From positions 1-64,000 of IMG/VR virus record IMGVR_UViG_3300042509_001805: a DNA stretch of 64,000 bases; one strand, 5' to 3'. A model generated the notes under the pieces. The model made no database searches. It was not told where the DNA came from and saw nothing but the letters and a program-made list of their open reading frames with translations. Shown here one piece after another: positions 1-9,420 of this stretch. Position numbers and translations under genes: made by a program. How positions within the stretch are numbered: the stretch's first letter is position 1; the number at the start of each line of letters is the position of its first letter. This DNA is from an uncultured virus (IMG/VR IMGVR_UViG_3300042509_001805). Taxonomy: Duplodnaviria; Heunggongvirae; Uroviricota; Caudoviricetes.

Positions 1-371
1 TGGCACATAAAAATACAACTTGGCATCAGTATTCTACGATAAGCAGCCTGCATAATGATTGTACCCATCGAGCAAATTTGACCATAACCAATTAATGTGA
101 TTCTACAGTTACACGATTTAATTACATCAAAAATACCCATACCAGAATGCCAATCACCACCGATAGTTTGCATGTAAATTGTAATAGGGTCTTGACTTAT
201 GCTTTGAAGGATATTGATATTCTTCATGAAATTTTGACTCATTCTAAAATCAACGCCAGTGCTTTGATTTTCAGAAGCGTCTTCTTTTTCGTGTAAGTAT
301 ATTATTCTATTTTCAAGATCAAGATTATAATCATGAATATCAGAAATCGTATCGTTTTTGTCCTTCGGCAT
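1..371 (-). CDS. clpP: ClpP-like ATP-dependent Clp protease proteolytic subunit (runs off window edge)
   Basis: Not in the ORF track. Manual translation from ATG at 371: MPKDKNDTISDIHDYNLDLENRIIYL...PITIYMQTIGGDWHSGMGIFDVIK...GYGQICSMGTIIMQAAYRRILMPSCIFMC. Matches the ClpP pattern (RII.L, I.IY....GG, catalytic xSMG Ser, His region). Confidence 0.85.
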   Translation of the reverse strand, partial: MPKDKNDTISDIHDYNLDLENRIIYLHEKEDASENQSTGVDFRMSQNFMKNINILQSISQDPITIYMQTIGGDWHSGMGIFDVIKSCNCRITLIGYGQICSMGTIIMQAAYRRILMPSCIFMC

Positions 372-915
372 CTTCCTCGTCCTTTTTATCGAATAGTTCG
401 GTAAGTCTTTTGAAAATACTATTACAAATTAAAAATGCGCTATGTTTGTTGTCGCAGAAAATAACATTAACTTCATACTTGATAGATATTTCGAGTAAAC
501 ATTTGATCAAATACTTTCCGGTTATTTTTGTTTCTTGTATTATATCAAATTTTTTGCCGCTAGGTTTCGGACCACCGTCTAGATATTTTTGATACGCCGC
601 CTGTTCTTGTTCATTCAGTAAACTAGTTGGATAGCCTATAACATCAGAAGCAGAAAACTCAAGTAAAATATAACGAAATGGAAAATCTCGCATTCTTTCC
701 ACTTCTTTATAAAATGCTTCTTTCTTCCTGCCTAAATTCATTGCTATTTCTGATACCGAAGCTTTTCGTTCAACACAAATAACATCTTCATAGCCTTTGA
801 TTGTGTAGTCTCCAGTCAGAAGAGTGCCAAGTTCCATTCCTTCGCACTTATCGTATTCTGAAAAAAACCAACCTTCTTGTTCGCGCGTATCTTTTATAAC
901 AGTATACTTGCTCAT
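340..915 (-). CDS. ERCC4/XPF-like nuclease domain protein
   Basis: Motifs DTREQ, L.TGDY and VERK typical of the ERCC4 domain. Confidence 0.8.
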   Translation of the reverse strand: MSKYTVIKDTREQEGWFFSEYDKCEGMELGTLLTGDYTIKGYEDVICVERKASVSEIAMNLGRKKEAFYKEVERMRDFPFRYILLEFSASDVIGYPTSLLNEQEQAAYQKYLDGGPKPSGKKFDIIQETKITGKYLIKCLLEISIKYEVNVIFCDNKHSAFLICNSIFKRLTELFDKKDEEDAEGQKRYDF

Positions 916-917
916 AC

Positions 918-1163
918 TTATGCGTTTATATCTGGCTCGGAAGGAGGCGCTGGAGGAGGCGACGGTGGAGTTTCTTCACCAATTGGACGGTTGTCTGTTT
1001 TTTGAATTCGGACTTTGTTTGTTACTTGATCTAAACTACAGCGAATACCGTATTTTCGATTGTACTTTCCGCAAAATTCATTGAATGCAACAATATCGTC
1101 ACAATCAATAGTTATGTCGCCGCCTTGTAAAATTTGCTGTAAAGCTTGCTCTAGATTATTCAT
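918..1163 (-). CDS. hypothetical protein, Pro-rich C-terminus
   Basis: ORF tightly packed in the minus-strand operon. Confidence 0.6.
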   Translation of the reverse strand: MNNLEQALQQILQGGDITIDCDDIVAFNEFCGKYNRKYGIRCSLDQVTNKVRIQKTDNRPIGEETPPSPPPAPPSEPDINA

Positions 1164-1432
1164 TTTTTGCTCCTAACCTTTTCTGTAAAATATGAAATAT
1201 AATGTGATTCAAACCCTGTAACATCTTTATGGCATAATTTGCATAAAGTTATTCCATTATCTGTATCGTAACGAAGAGTACTGGCTGAACTCCATTTCAT
1301 TATATGATGAACATTCAGCCTTAAGTTTTTACCTTTTTTATTACACATTTGGCATGTGAATTTGTCTCTTTTTAGAACAGCATCGCGAAACCTCTTGTAA
1401 ACAGGGTCGCTGTAATCTCGCTTCTTCGACAT
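1160..1432 (-). CDS. HNH endonuclease
   Basis: RD..TCQMC...LNVHHI...NGITLCKLCH motif. Confidence 0.9.
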   Translation of the reverse strand: MSKKRDYSDPVYKRFRDAVLKRDKFTCQMCNKKGKNLRLNVHHIMKWSSASTLRYDTDNGITLCKLCHKDVTGFESHYISYFTEKVRSKK

Positions 1433-2477
1433 CGTGGTCTACCATTCTTTCTGCTAGTTGAGTAAAACTAATTTCTCGCTGCCACCCAAGCACTCTTTCA
1501 GCTTTAGCTGGAATCCCAAGGAGATAATCCACTTCGGATGGACGATAAAATTGTGGATCAACCACAACATAATTCACCCAGTTTTCAATTCCAATCCGAG
1601 CAAAAGCAGCATCTAAAAATTCTCGCACACTGTATGTTTGCCCTGTGGCAACAACGTAATCGTCAGGAGTTTCTTGCTGAAGCATGAGCCACATGGCATT
1701 TACATAATCTTGAGCATGACCCCAATCACGCTTTGCATCCAAATTACCCAAACGTAATTTCGGAAAAGAATCTCTTGTGGCAATTATATAATGGTCATCG
1801 AAAGCAATATCGCCAAGTTTATTGTATTTATTGCTCCATCTTACATACTCGCCAATCCATTTTGTAATTTTGCGTGTTACAAAATGTTCGCCGCGACGTT
1901 CTGACTCATGGTTGAACAAAATGCCGCTACTAGCATGTATTCCATAACTGTCACGATAGTTTCGCACCAAATGATGTGCGGCCAGTTTGGCAATAGCATA
2001 AGGGCTTTGCGGTAAAAACTTGGTATCTTCGTCTTGGAATTTTAATACTGGCCCATTGTATTCATCGTAAGTTTCATCGTAAGAAGCCCCGAACATTTCA
2101 CTGCTGCTGGCTTGATAAAATCGAATTTCACTTTTTCGTGACGAGTATCGTATCGCTTCAAGTATATTCAATACTCCACCGGCTGTGATATCCCATGTTA
2201 AACTCGGTTGTTTAAAACTAGTACCAACATGCGACTGAGCGGCAAGGTTGTAGATTTCATCGGGCTGAGAATCTTCTATAACTTTACTGACATTAAAACC
2301 ATCGGTAATGTCACCCTCGACGATATTTATTTTGGGCAGAAGGTGTTCAATACGAGCGAGTGTATTAACACTCACACGGCGAGTTACACCCGTAACTGCA
2401 TACCCTTTTGCCAAAAGCAACTCGGCCAAATAACTTCCGTCTTGTCCAGTAATACCCCAAATTAAAGCTTTCTTCAT
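1341..2477 (-). CDS. gmd: GDP-mannose 4,6-dehydratase
   Basis: GITGQDGSYLAELLL, YNLAAQSHV, FYQASSSEMFG, PQSPYAIAK, GILFNHESERRG, LGNLDAKRDWGHA. Confidence 0.97.
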   Translation of the reverse strand: MKKALIWGITGQDGSYLAELLLAKGYAVTGVTRRVSVNTLARIEHLLPKINIVEGDITDGFNVSKVIEDSQPDEIYNLAAQSHVGTSFKQPSLTWDITAGGVLNILEAIRYSSRKSEIRFYQASSSEMFGASYDETYDEYNGPVLKFQDEDTKFLPQSPYAIAKLAAHHLVRNYRDSYGIHASSGILFNHESERRGEHFVTRKITKWIGEYVRWSNKYNKLGDIAFDDHYIIATRDSFPKLRLGNLDAKRDWGHAQDYVNAMWLMLQQETPDDYVVATGQTYSVREFLDAAFARIGIENWVNYVVVDPQFYRPSEVDYLLGIPAKAERVLGWQREISFTQLAERMVDHDVEEARLQRPCLQEVSRCCSKKRQIHMPNV

Positions 2478-3275
2478 TTATTGTTCCTTGATTAATGTTT
2501 CAGAAGTTAAAAATGGTTGGTCAATCGTGCCGTCCTCGTACCGATGATATTCACTCAGTTTTTCTTTTTCGTGATGCATGGCAAGACGCATTTTTTCCAT
2601 TTCCAACCCAATCCTTGTGCGAAATTCTGAATCGGTTGCAATTTGTTTTACAAGTGCTGCAAATGTTTCGCGACTGTCTTCGATGGCCTTGATGCGTTGC
2701 TCGCGTGTTCCCTTCAAGTCTTTCAGCATTGTTGCTTTGCGTGTTTGCAAATCTTTATAATCACGCGAAAGCGTTTCCTGCGAAGCCCGCAAAACCGCCA
2801 CCTGACGTTCAAGCTGGATGATGTATTCCATATCGCGTTGATCTTTATCCACAGCCTTCTCTTCTTGAACGAGACGTTCATACGTCGAGATTTCGTTTTG
2901 ATTTTCTTGCTGGCTCCTCAAAATCCTATTCATCAAAATTTCCAACTTTATAGTGTCAATGATTTGCATTTCCTCGGTATGAAACACATCGTCCTTGAAC
3001 TGACTCCACATCTTTTTAAAATGAAACTCAAACATTTCAAGCTCGTCTTCATTGAACTGATGTTTTAATTCACGATAATATGGCTTGGTTTTAAGCTCGT
3101 TGGCAACAGCAGCTTCTTGCTTTTGCTTGGCCGAAAAGCCTATTTTTTTGCTGATCCACTCGCGCACACTTTCAGGGTCGCGGTCGAGTTGTTGGGAGAT
3201 TTGCTCTATCGACAATACCTCGGCATTGGCCTCGATATAGGACATTTCTTCAACTGAAAATCTACCTTTTTTCAA
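2478..3275 (-). CDS. hypothetical coiled-coil protein with N-terminal HTH-like segment
   Basis: Long ORF, TTG start after an AAGGA RBS. Confidence 0.6.
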   Translation of the reverse strand: MKKGRFSVEEMSYIEANAEVLSIEQISQQLDRDPESVREWISKKIGFSAKQKQEAAVANELKTKPYYRELKHQFNEDELEMFEFHFKKMWSQFKDDVFHTEEMQIIDTIKLEILMNRILRSQQENQNEISTYERLVQEEKAVDKDQRDMEYIIQLERQVAVLRASQETLSRDYKDLQTRKATMLKDLKGTREQRIKAIEDSRETFAALVKQIATDSEFRTRIGLEMEKMRLAMHHEKEKLSEYHRYEDGTIDQPFLTSETLIKEQ

Positions 3276-3290
3276 ATTGCTTTCCTTGTG

Positions 3291-3812
3291 TTATGTCAAC
3301 TCGTCAAGTTCGCCATTGATAATCTGCTCGATAATATTTATAATATTGGCCTTGCGGCCTTTGGGCAGAGGAGAGTTTGACTGTAATCTTAAATAATCAC
3401 GACGCAAATGTGTGGGGAGTTTACGATCAATAAGTTCGAGTATTTCCTTTACATAAGCATCGTTGTTTACGTCGGGCGCGGTGTGCATTGTATAAACATT
3501 GTCGATACTAACAGGTTCGAGCAAGTCGCGCTTTTGGTGTTGTATTTTTTCGGCCTCGGTTCCGTAGTCCATGCGGTAGTAATTATCGCGTTTAAATGTT
3601 TTCAAACGATTGTTTATATGCGTGTACATAAAGTTTTCCAGTGGGCGAGTAGGGTCATAACTTTTTAGCCCAGCAAATCCAATGAGAAAAGCTTCTTGTT
3701 CGATATCTTCGACTTCATACCCAGCAAAAACATATTTTGGGGCTAATCTTTTGGCAATTTTTTGAATAGTGGCAATAACTTCCTGTTCGTTTAATCCATC
3801 AGGTATTTTCAT
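3291..3812 (-). CDS. sigma-70 region 2-like factor
   Basis: EDIEQEAFLIGFAGLKSYDPTRPLENFMYTHINNRLK resembles sigma region 2. Start moved to ATG 3812 after GAGGAG. Confidence 0.65.
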   Translation of the reverse strand: MKIPDGLNEQEVIATIQKIAKRLAPKYVFAGYEVEDIEQEAFLIGFAGLKSYDPTRPLENFMYTHINNRLKTFKRDNYYRMDYGTEAEKIQHQKRDLLEPVSIDNVYTMHTAPDVNNDAYVKEILELIDRKLPTHLRRDYLRLQSNSPLPKGRKANIINIIEQIINGELDELT

Positions 3813-4065
3813 TAAGCTCCTCGTCAATTTCATCAATCAAACGCTCTTCTTCGCGGCGTAGATCGGCTGGGTCTGGTTGATACTGAAAACTCCAGTCAAT
3901 AACTGGTTGCATTGTTTCAGAATTTTCAACCGCCCGCAAACGCGCAAGTTCGTCTATTGTTAGTGGGCGATCCGGCAACTCAAGGTCGCGGGCAATTGAT
4001 TTGCGTAGCTCGTCGGTGTCAACAGCTTCGACATTAAAAAGATTTTTTGGTTTTAAATTTTTCAT
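3799..4065 (-). CDS. hypothetical protein
   Basis: ORF with AAGGAGA RBS. Confidence 0.6.
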   Translation of the reverse strand: MKNLKPKNLFNVEAVDTDELRKSIARDLELPDRPLTIDELARLRAVENSETMQPVIDWSFQYQPDPADLRREEERLIDEIDEELNENT

Positions 4066-4168
4066 TATATTTCTCCTTTTGTATCATTATATCTCCAAAC
4101 AGTAAAATATACACAAATTTCGAAATTTTTGCGTATGTTATAGCAGAGAAAAGTTTAAGGGTCAAAGT

Positions 4169-4717
4169 ATGGACGAATCAATGATAAACATTTTTGTACT
4201 GGGTTTTGTGTGTTTGCTGGGACTATTTTTAGTGCTGGTGGAATTGCACCATTTAAATTTAACTCTAAAAGAATTAGTCAAAGCTGTAAAAATGGGCCGC
4301 AAGCCCGGAGTTGTATTTCCTGTTTTTAAAGATGGAGAAAAGAATATGTTAAAGTTTTATTTGTCGCTGCCAGCCAAGGGTGCTGCCGACGTTGTGGCCC
4401 GCGAACTGCTCGTTTCGATTGCTGGTGCTGAACCAGCTTTGTACGTCTTGGGCGCTGACGCCGCACAAAGCGCTGAGTTTTCTGGTTCCGACAACAGCAC
4501 TGTTGTTGGTACACTAGTTGACATTGACGACGCTGGAAACCGATCAAGTGCAAGCTCGTTCGAGTTTGTTTTGGTTGACACAATTCCTCCTGCTACACCC
4601 GGAGCAGTTGGATTGGTTGTAACCGAAGAAGTTGCTGACCCAACACCAGAGCCAGAAGCTCCGGTCGAACCAGCCGAACCAGCCGAACCAGAAGTTCCCG
4701 AAACTCCCGAAGGCTAA
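4169..4717 (+). CDS. hypothetical protein, N-terminal hydrophobic segment, Pro/Glu-rich tail
   Basis: ORF; alternative start near 4346 after GGAGA; followed by a hairpin/T-run near 4753-4780. Confidence 0.6.
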   Translation: MDESMINIFVLGFVCLLGLFLVLVELHHLNLTLKELVKAVKMGRKPGVVFPVFKDGEKNMLKFYLSLPAKGAADVVARELLVSIAGAEPALYVLGADAAQSAEFSGSDNSTVVGTLVDIDDAGNRSSASSFEFVLVDTIPPATPGAVGLVVTEEVADPTPEPEAPVEPAEPAEPEVPETPEG

Positions 4718-5037
4718 TGCAACACAGTTGCAAAAGTTTTCGAAACGGAACCGTTGAAAGCAATTTCAGCGGTTTTTTTATCAACAACCATGTGTAATCA
4801 ATTTGGTTTAGCTAAGACATTTACAAATATTGATGGGCAATTTAGTCTGAACCACCCCGGCGTTTGTCAAGGGGAAATCCACTTTTTTTCCTGAACATAA
4901 AATACCACCCCCTAGCTAGGGCATTTCGGAAATTTTTGTCTTTTTTTTCTGATTTTGGCTGTAGGCTATTGACATTTCCTGTCGATATGGTATAATAGAG
5001 ACATCGAAAGCAAGTTAATCACACAAAGGAAACGAAC

Positions 5038-5202
5038 ATGAAACACAACGTTAAAATCATCGAAGAAAAGACAACCAAGGCAATCAACGGCGTTTGGTTC
5101 AAAGTTTACGTTAACGGGATTAGCGTAGGCTATCGCTCGACACGCGAACAAGCCGAGAAACTTTCTCAAGAAATTTTGGCAAAAAAGACTTATCGCTCTT
5201 GA
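5038..5202 (+). CDS. small protein, family A (54 aa; paralog of 8832-9002)
   Basis: Manual translation MKHNVKIIEEKTTKAINGVWFKVYVNGISVGYRSTREQAEKLSQEILAKKTYRS; has promoter and RBS; below the ORF-track cutoff. Confidence 0.8.
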   Translation: MKHNVKIIEEKTTKAINGVWFKVYVNGISVGYRSTREQAEKLSQEILAKKTYRS

Positions 5203-5264
5203 CAATGGATGCCGATATAGTATAATAGAAGCATACAAAAGACAATCACACAAAGGAAAAAAGA

Positions 5265-5453
5265 ATGAACGAAACAGAATTCAGCTTGACAATCAACGGA
5301 ACCACTTTTGTAGCTACTTGGTTCGACAAAGAAGACGACCGCGTAGCCGAGTGGTACATCGACGCTAACGGTGAACGTGTTGGCAAGTTTCGCGGTTATC
5401 CAAGTAACGCAAAGCAAGTAGAAAATTTCATCCGGCATTTTCTTGCCAAGTAA
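5265..5453 (+). CDS. small protein, family B (paralog of 8335-8541)
   Basis: Promoter 5199, AAGGA RBS, shared W.ID.NGE..G motif. Confidence 0.75.
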   Translation: MNETEFSLTINGTTFVATWFDKEDDRVAEWYIDANGERVGKFRGYPSNAKQVENFIRHFLAK

Positions 5454-5537
5454 ACGATGAATACCGACGAAACGGTTGGTAGTGTACAGCTGTAAAATAG
5501 TGTACACGCGTATACTAGTCGGGCCGACCCAAATCGT

Positions 5538-5566
5538 CGTAAGTCCTAGAGCCACAAGGACTTATG
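5538..5566. repeat. 29-bp palindromic site, copy 1
   Basis: cgtaagtcct-agagccaca-aggacttatg. Confidence 0.95.
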
Positions 5567-5684
5567 GCAACAGGAAAAATTCTGAAAAAAATTTCTTTTT
5601 TTGTTCTAAAGCTATTGACAGTGTTTTGCCGATATGTATAATAAGGACATGAGAAACAACAACACACAACAAAAGGAAACGAAA

Positions 5685-5819
5685 ATGAACACTGTCAAGA
5701 TTGTCAAGGTTAACACTTGCTGGGGAGCTTACTGGTACACCGTAAAGGTTAACGGAATTGCCGTTGCGAATTGCGGTACATTGTCACACGCTCAAGAAAT
5801 TTCTAAAAAATATTCCTAA
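5685..5819 (+). CDS. small protein, family A-like (44 aa)
   Basis: MNTVKIVKVNTCWGAYWYTVKVNGIAVANCGTLSHAQEISKKYS; promoter and RBS. Confidence 0.75.
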   Translation: MNTVKIVKVNTCWGAYWYTVKVNGIAVANCGTLSHAQEISKKYS

Positions 5820-5886
5820 AGCTATTGACAACCGATTGCCGATAAGTATAATAACAACATACGAAACACAACACAAGGAAACGACA

Positions 5887-6051
5887 ATGGACAGCTTTGA
5901 CAACATTCAGTGCGACGAAATGCCATTCGAACCCAAGCAATCGGACTGGCTGGAGTTTCAAATGTGGCTTGACAGCTTGCCGATTCGCGACGATGAAATC
6001 GGGGTTGAATACGGGCCTATCGAGTTTCCTGCCGATGACCTTCCCTTCTAA
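5887..6051 (+). CDS. small acidic protein ending in DDLPF (family C)
   Basis: ATG after AAGGA RBS; paralog of 11556-11747. Confidence 0.75.
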   Translation: MDSFDNIQCDEMPFEPKQSDWLEFQMWLDSLPIRDDEIGVEYGPIEFPADDLPF

Positions 6052-6166
6052 GGGCTTGACCCACAAGCCTCGCCCAAGTCGCGAGCATAGTTCGCCTCTC
6101 TATTCCAAAAGAGGCTTTTTATACACTAGTGTACAAGCGTACACCTGCCGGGCCGACCCAAATCGC

Positions 6167-6195
6167 CGTAAGTCCTAGAGCGCCAAGGGTTTACG
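6167..6195. repeat. 29-bp palindromic site, copy 2
   Basis: cgtaagtcct-agagcgcca-agggtttacg. Confidence 0.95.
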
Positions 6196-6301
6196 TCAAT
6201 TCAAAAAATTCCTAGAAAAATTTCTTTTTTTCTGCTCAAGTCTATTGACATTTCTAGCCGATACTGTATAATAGAAGCATAACACAACAAGGAAAATAAA
6301 A

Positions 6302-6478
6302 ATGACTATCTCAATTATCCCCCACGAAGCAACTAGCGGCTACGGCTTTCATTACACTGTAGAAATCGCCGGTTCGGTTGTTGCAATCTGCGGAACTCTG
6401 CATCATGCTCGCAAAGTTGCTGACGAAAAAAGAAAAGAATATCTCAAAAATTTGATTGATGGTATTGACAGTTTGTAA
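6302..6478 (+). CDS. small protein, family A-like (58 aa)
   Basis: Manual translation ...FHYTVEIAGSVVAICGTLHHARKV..., similar to 5685; promoter 6245. Confidence 0.75.
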   Translation: MTISIIPHEATSGYGFHYTVEIAGSVVAICGTLHHARKVADEKRKEYLKNLIDGIDSL

Positions 6479-6517
6479 CCGATAAGTATAATAAGAACAC
6501 ACACAAAGGAAAAAAAC

Positions 6518-6718
6518 ATGAAAACAGAACTACTCAAAAAAGCCGCTATTGCTCACCTTCCGCACGTTACTGATTACAAGTTGATTAACGAATTGCAACA
6601 ACGAATTGTGGCTGATATTGTAGGTCATGAAAATGGTCGCGGTTGTTTGAGCAGTGAATACATTTCCAAACTGAACGCATTAAATGATGCAATCAACGCG
6701 GTTAAGGTTCACTGGTAA
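6518..6718 (+). CDS. hypothetical protein
   Basis: Promoter 6465 and RBS. Confidence 0.7.
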   Translation: MKTELLKKAAIAHLPHVTDYKLINELQQRIVADIVGHENGRGCLSSEYISKLNALNDAINAVKVHW

Positions 6719-6772
6719 TAATTTTACAATAATTATAAATACAACACACACACACACACAAGGAAACGAAAA

Positions 6773-6907
6773 ATGAAAATTTACATTGCAATCGAAGCGG
6801 ATAAGGGTCTTGGGCAAACCATGATTCGAGCTTTTTATAACAAAGAAGAAGCTGAAAAATTCGCAAAAGAAAATCGTTATTGGATTGAAGAAGTTGAATT
6901 GTCGTAA
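6773..6907 (+). CDS. small hypothetical protein (44 aa)
   Basis: MKIYIAIEADKGLGQTMIRAFYNKEEAEKFAKENRYWIEEVELS after a (CA)n-AAGGA leader. Confidence 0.7.
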   Translation: MKIYIAIEADKGLGQTMIRAFYNKEEAEKFAKENRYWIEEVELS

Positions 6908-6920
6908 CGAAAGGAAAATT

Positions 6921-7100
6921 ATGTTCGACCGTTTTGCCGTTGCCGTTTTTTTAATGGATTATCATAGTGGCCAGTGGAGCCGAGGCTATCGCATTCTATC
7001 CAAAATGCGGCCCGAAAATTTCTCCTCTGATTTCTGTGAAGAAATGCGGAACACCGAATATTACGCTCACCTAGTTGCAAATTATGAAAACGAAGTATAA
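6921..7100 (+). CDS. hypothetical protein
   Basis: ATG after AAGGA RBS. Confidence 0.7.
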   Translation: MFDRFAVAVFLMDYHSGQWSRGYRILSKMRPENFSSDFCEEMRNTEYYAHLVANYENEV

Positions 7101-7112
7101 GGAAAAATTATA

Positions 7113-7439
7113 ATGTTTACACGCGCCCAATATCTTGCCGGTGAATGTTCGCACCAAGAATATTACGGTCAATTTGTTAATCAGTGGATTCTTACTTGCG
7201 TAAAGGGAAAATATGGAGTTAATCGATTAATTGAAGCTGAAAAGCTTGATATTAATTTTAACACTATCCCATTGTATTCATGGGACCAACTGAATATAAT
7301 GTCGGCAGTTGACCAAGAACTTTGGGCTGCTGCTAATGGTTCACGATATTACAGCCTATCTGATAATCTTTGCATCCAAAAACAAGCTGCTCGAATGATT
7401 GTAGAAAAATATCATAGTGAACAAAACGCCACTGTCTGA
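7113..7439 (+). CDS. hypothetical protein
   Basis: AAGGA RBS; 108 aa. Confidence 0.7.
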   Translation: MFTRAQYLAGECSHQEYYGQFVNQWILTCVKGKYGVNRLIEAEKLDINFNTIPLYSWDQLNIMSAVDQELWAAANGSRYYSLSDNLCIQKQAARMIVEKYHSEQNATV

Positions 7440-7471
7440 CCCTATGTAAACAGACTGCGCAAAACAACCGC

Positions 7472-7553
7472 CCTAAGTGCTAGAGCCACAAGGACTTAGG
7501 TCAACGCGGGCCGCCGCCGTAAGTCGCAAGTCCTAGAGCCGCAAGGGTTTACG
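7472..7553. repeat. 29-bp palindromic site, copies 3 (7472-7500) and 4 (7525-7553)
   Basis: cctaagtgct-agagccaca-aggacttagg and cgcaagtcct-agagccgca-agggtttacg; extra half-site cgtaagt at 7518. Confidence 0.9.
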
Positions 7554-7566
7554 TCAATTCTCTAGA

Positions 7567-7581
7567 GCAATCGTCATGCCA
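7567..7581 (-). promoter_or_regulatory. sigma54-type -24/-12 motif
   Basis: Minus strand TGGCATGACGATTGC (GG-N10-GC). Confidence 0.6.
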
Positions 7582-7732
7582 ATCGGCAAGTGAACAAAGA
7601 TTGTACATGCCAATGAGCAGAATCTATGCAGCCAATGAGCAGTTTCTGTACACCCAGCAACGCTGCTTAAATTTTAGGCACGAAAACCGCGTGTTTTGAG
7701 CAGGAAAAAAATTCTGTGCTTAATTTTTGACT

Positions 7733-7747
7733 TGGCACGGGATTCGC
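7733..7747 (+). promoter_or_regulatory. sigma54-type -24/-12 motif
   Basis: TGGCACGGGATTCGC (GG-N10-GC). Confidence 0.5.
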
Positions 7748-7879
7748 TCTATATAGTGGTATGGAAAGTAAAAATCAAAAACAGAAACTTGCTGGGGAAA
7801 GAAAAGTTTCTGCTAAAGATTTAGCTTGACAATGACGATAAATATGGTATAATAGAGTAATAAGAATTAAGGAAAAAAA

Positions 7880-8080
7880 ATGAAAATTCTAAAAAGTAAA
7901 ATCACAAAATTTGGTGCAAAAGTTAACCTAGTCGATGGTGGCGAAGGTACAAAACAATTCTTTGCACTGTCAAAACGTTATTGGATTTCTTATGGTGAAT
8001 CTGCAAGTCCTCAAAATAATTGCAGAAATCGCTCAGATAATCTGAAATATATCGAAAAAAAGTTTCAAGAAATTATCTAA
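7880..8080 (+). CDS. hypothetical protein
   Basis: Promoter 7826 and RBS. Confidence 0.7.
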   Translation: MKILKSKITKFGAKVNLVDGGEGTKQFFALSKRYWISYGESASPQNNCRNRSDNLKYIEKKFQEII

Positions 8081-8142
8081 AGCTCTTGACAACATCTTGT
8101 CGATACTGTATAATAGAATCACACAACACAAAGGAAACGAAA

Positions 8143-8280
8143 ATGATTATCAACGGTTTTAAATTTTATGTTCGTCAACACGATACCGCCGACAAGTATT
8201 ATGTCGCGATGAAGGGCGATGTGGTTCTCACTTCAAAAAGTTTGGATTATCTTGTGAAAAAAGTCAAGAAACACGCTTGA
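8143..8280 (+). CDS. small hypothetical protein
   Basis: Promoter 8086, AAGGA RBS, start re-assigned. Confidence 0.7.
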   Translation: MIINGFKFYVRQHDTADKYYVAMKGDVVLTSKSLDYLVKKVKKHA

Positions 8281-8334
8281 CAACGCCGATAATTACTGTA
8301 TAATAACAACACACAACACAACAAAGGAAAAAAT

Positions 8335-8541
8335 ATGATTGAAAAATTTGATTACAATAGTTATGAAATCGCGACGTTTGTATATGACGGCGACCGCGAA
8401 CGTTTGAAGGAATTGTGGATTGATGTCAACGGCGAATTTATTGGGGCGATTCGATTTCGCTCGATGAAACCATCGCAAGAACAAATCGAACAATACGTTG
8501 ACGAATATCTTTCAGAAATGGCATTGGGATACGAAATATGA
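8335..8541 (+). CDS. small protein, family B
   Basis: LWIDVNGEFIG similar to WYIDANGERVG in 5265. Confidence 0.75.
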   Translation: MIEKFDYNSYEIATFVYDGDRERLKELWIDVNGEFIGAIRFRSMKPSQEQIEQYVDEYLSEMALGYEI

Positions 8542-8711
8542 AAAACGAAATTGAAAGCCTGGAAAGTATGTCGTATGATGAACTACTTCAGGCGGCTATT
8601 GCTCTGCTTGAAAATGCGGTCGAATTACGGGCCGAATTGGATAAAATCAGGGGCATCATCAGATGAACAACTAGTGTACAAGTGTACAGTGGCCGGGCGG
8701 GCCGCAATCGA

Positions 8712-8740
8712 CGTAAGTCCTAGAGCCACAAGGGTTTACG
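8712..8740. repeat. 29-bp palindromic site, copy 5
   Basis: cgtaagtcct-agagccaca-agggtttacg. Confidence 0.95.
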
Positions 8741-8831
8741 TCAACAAAAAAATTTTCCAGAAAATTTCCAGAATTGGGCTCAAGACTCTTGACAAATCCA
8801 GCCGATAGTGTATAATAGAGGCATAAGGAAA

Positions 8832-9002
8832 ATGAAAATGAAAAACGAAATGACAATCACCGAAACCAAAACCAACAAGTCCCTAACCGGTTCTTTTTTC
8901 AAAGTTTACATTAACGGCCAACTGGTGGCAACTCGCACAACCCGCGAAGCCGCTGAAGAAGCTGGAAAAAAAATTCTGGAAAAAAAGGTCTACCGCTCTT
9001 GA
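8832..9002 (+). CDS. small protein, family A
   Basis: FKVYINGQLVATRTTREAAEEAGKKILEKKVYRS, paralog of 5038. Confidence 0.8.
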   Translation: MKMKNEMTITETKTNKSLTGSFFKVYINGQLVATRTTREAAEEAGKKILEKKVYRS

Positions 9003-9069
9003 CAATGGCTGTCGGTTTGGTATAATCAGAGCATAAGTTAATCACACAAACACAAAAGGAAAAAACACA

Positions 9070-9420
9070 ATGAACACTCAACAAGCTATCCGCGAATTTC
9101 AAGCCGCTATCGAATCCGTTATCGAAATCCCAAACAGTTGGTTGCCAACTGAATTGCATGATGACGTTCGTGGTGGTCGCACAATCGAACGTCTCAACGA
9201 ACTACTCGACGAACGCGATGGTATCACCGAACATCGCAAGCTCAAAGCTCTCAAAGCTCGCAACATCGAAAAGTATGCCGCTACAGTTGCAGCCGGTCAA
9301 GAAATTGATTACAATATTGGCGAACGCGACGAATTGCAACTCTATCGTAATGAATGTGCAATGATTGAAGGAATGATTCACGCTGGTCATATCGACCGCG
9401 ACGATTTGGAAGTAGAATAA
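9070..9420 (+). CDS. hypothetical protein
   Basis: Promoter 8999 and RBS. Confidence 0.75.
   Translation: MNTQQAIREFQAAIESVIEIPNSWLPTELHDDVRGGRTIERLNELLDERDGITEHRKLKALKARNIEKYAATVAAGQEIDYNIGERDELQLYRNECAMIEGMIHAGHIDRDDLEVE

Noticed and set aside
1341..1432. Frameshift or fusion between gmd and the HNH gene
   Set aside because: The Gmd domain is complete before the overlap and HNH has its own ATG; a simple 92-bp overlap explains it.
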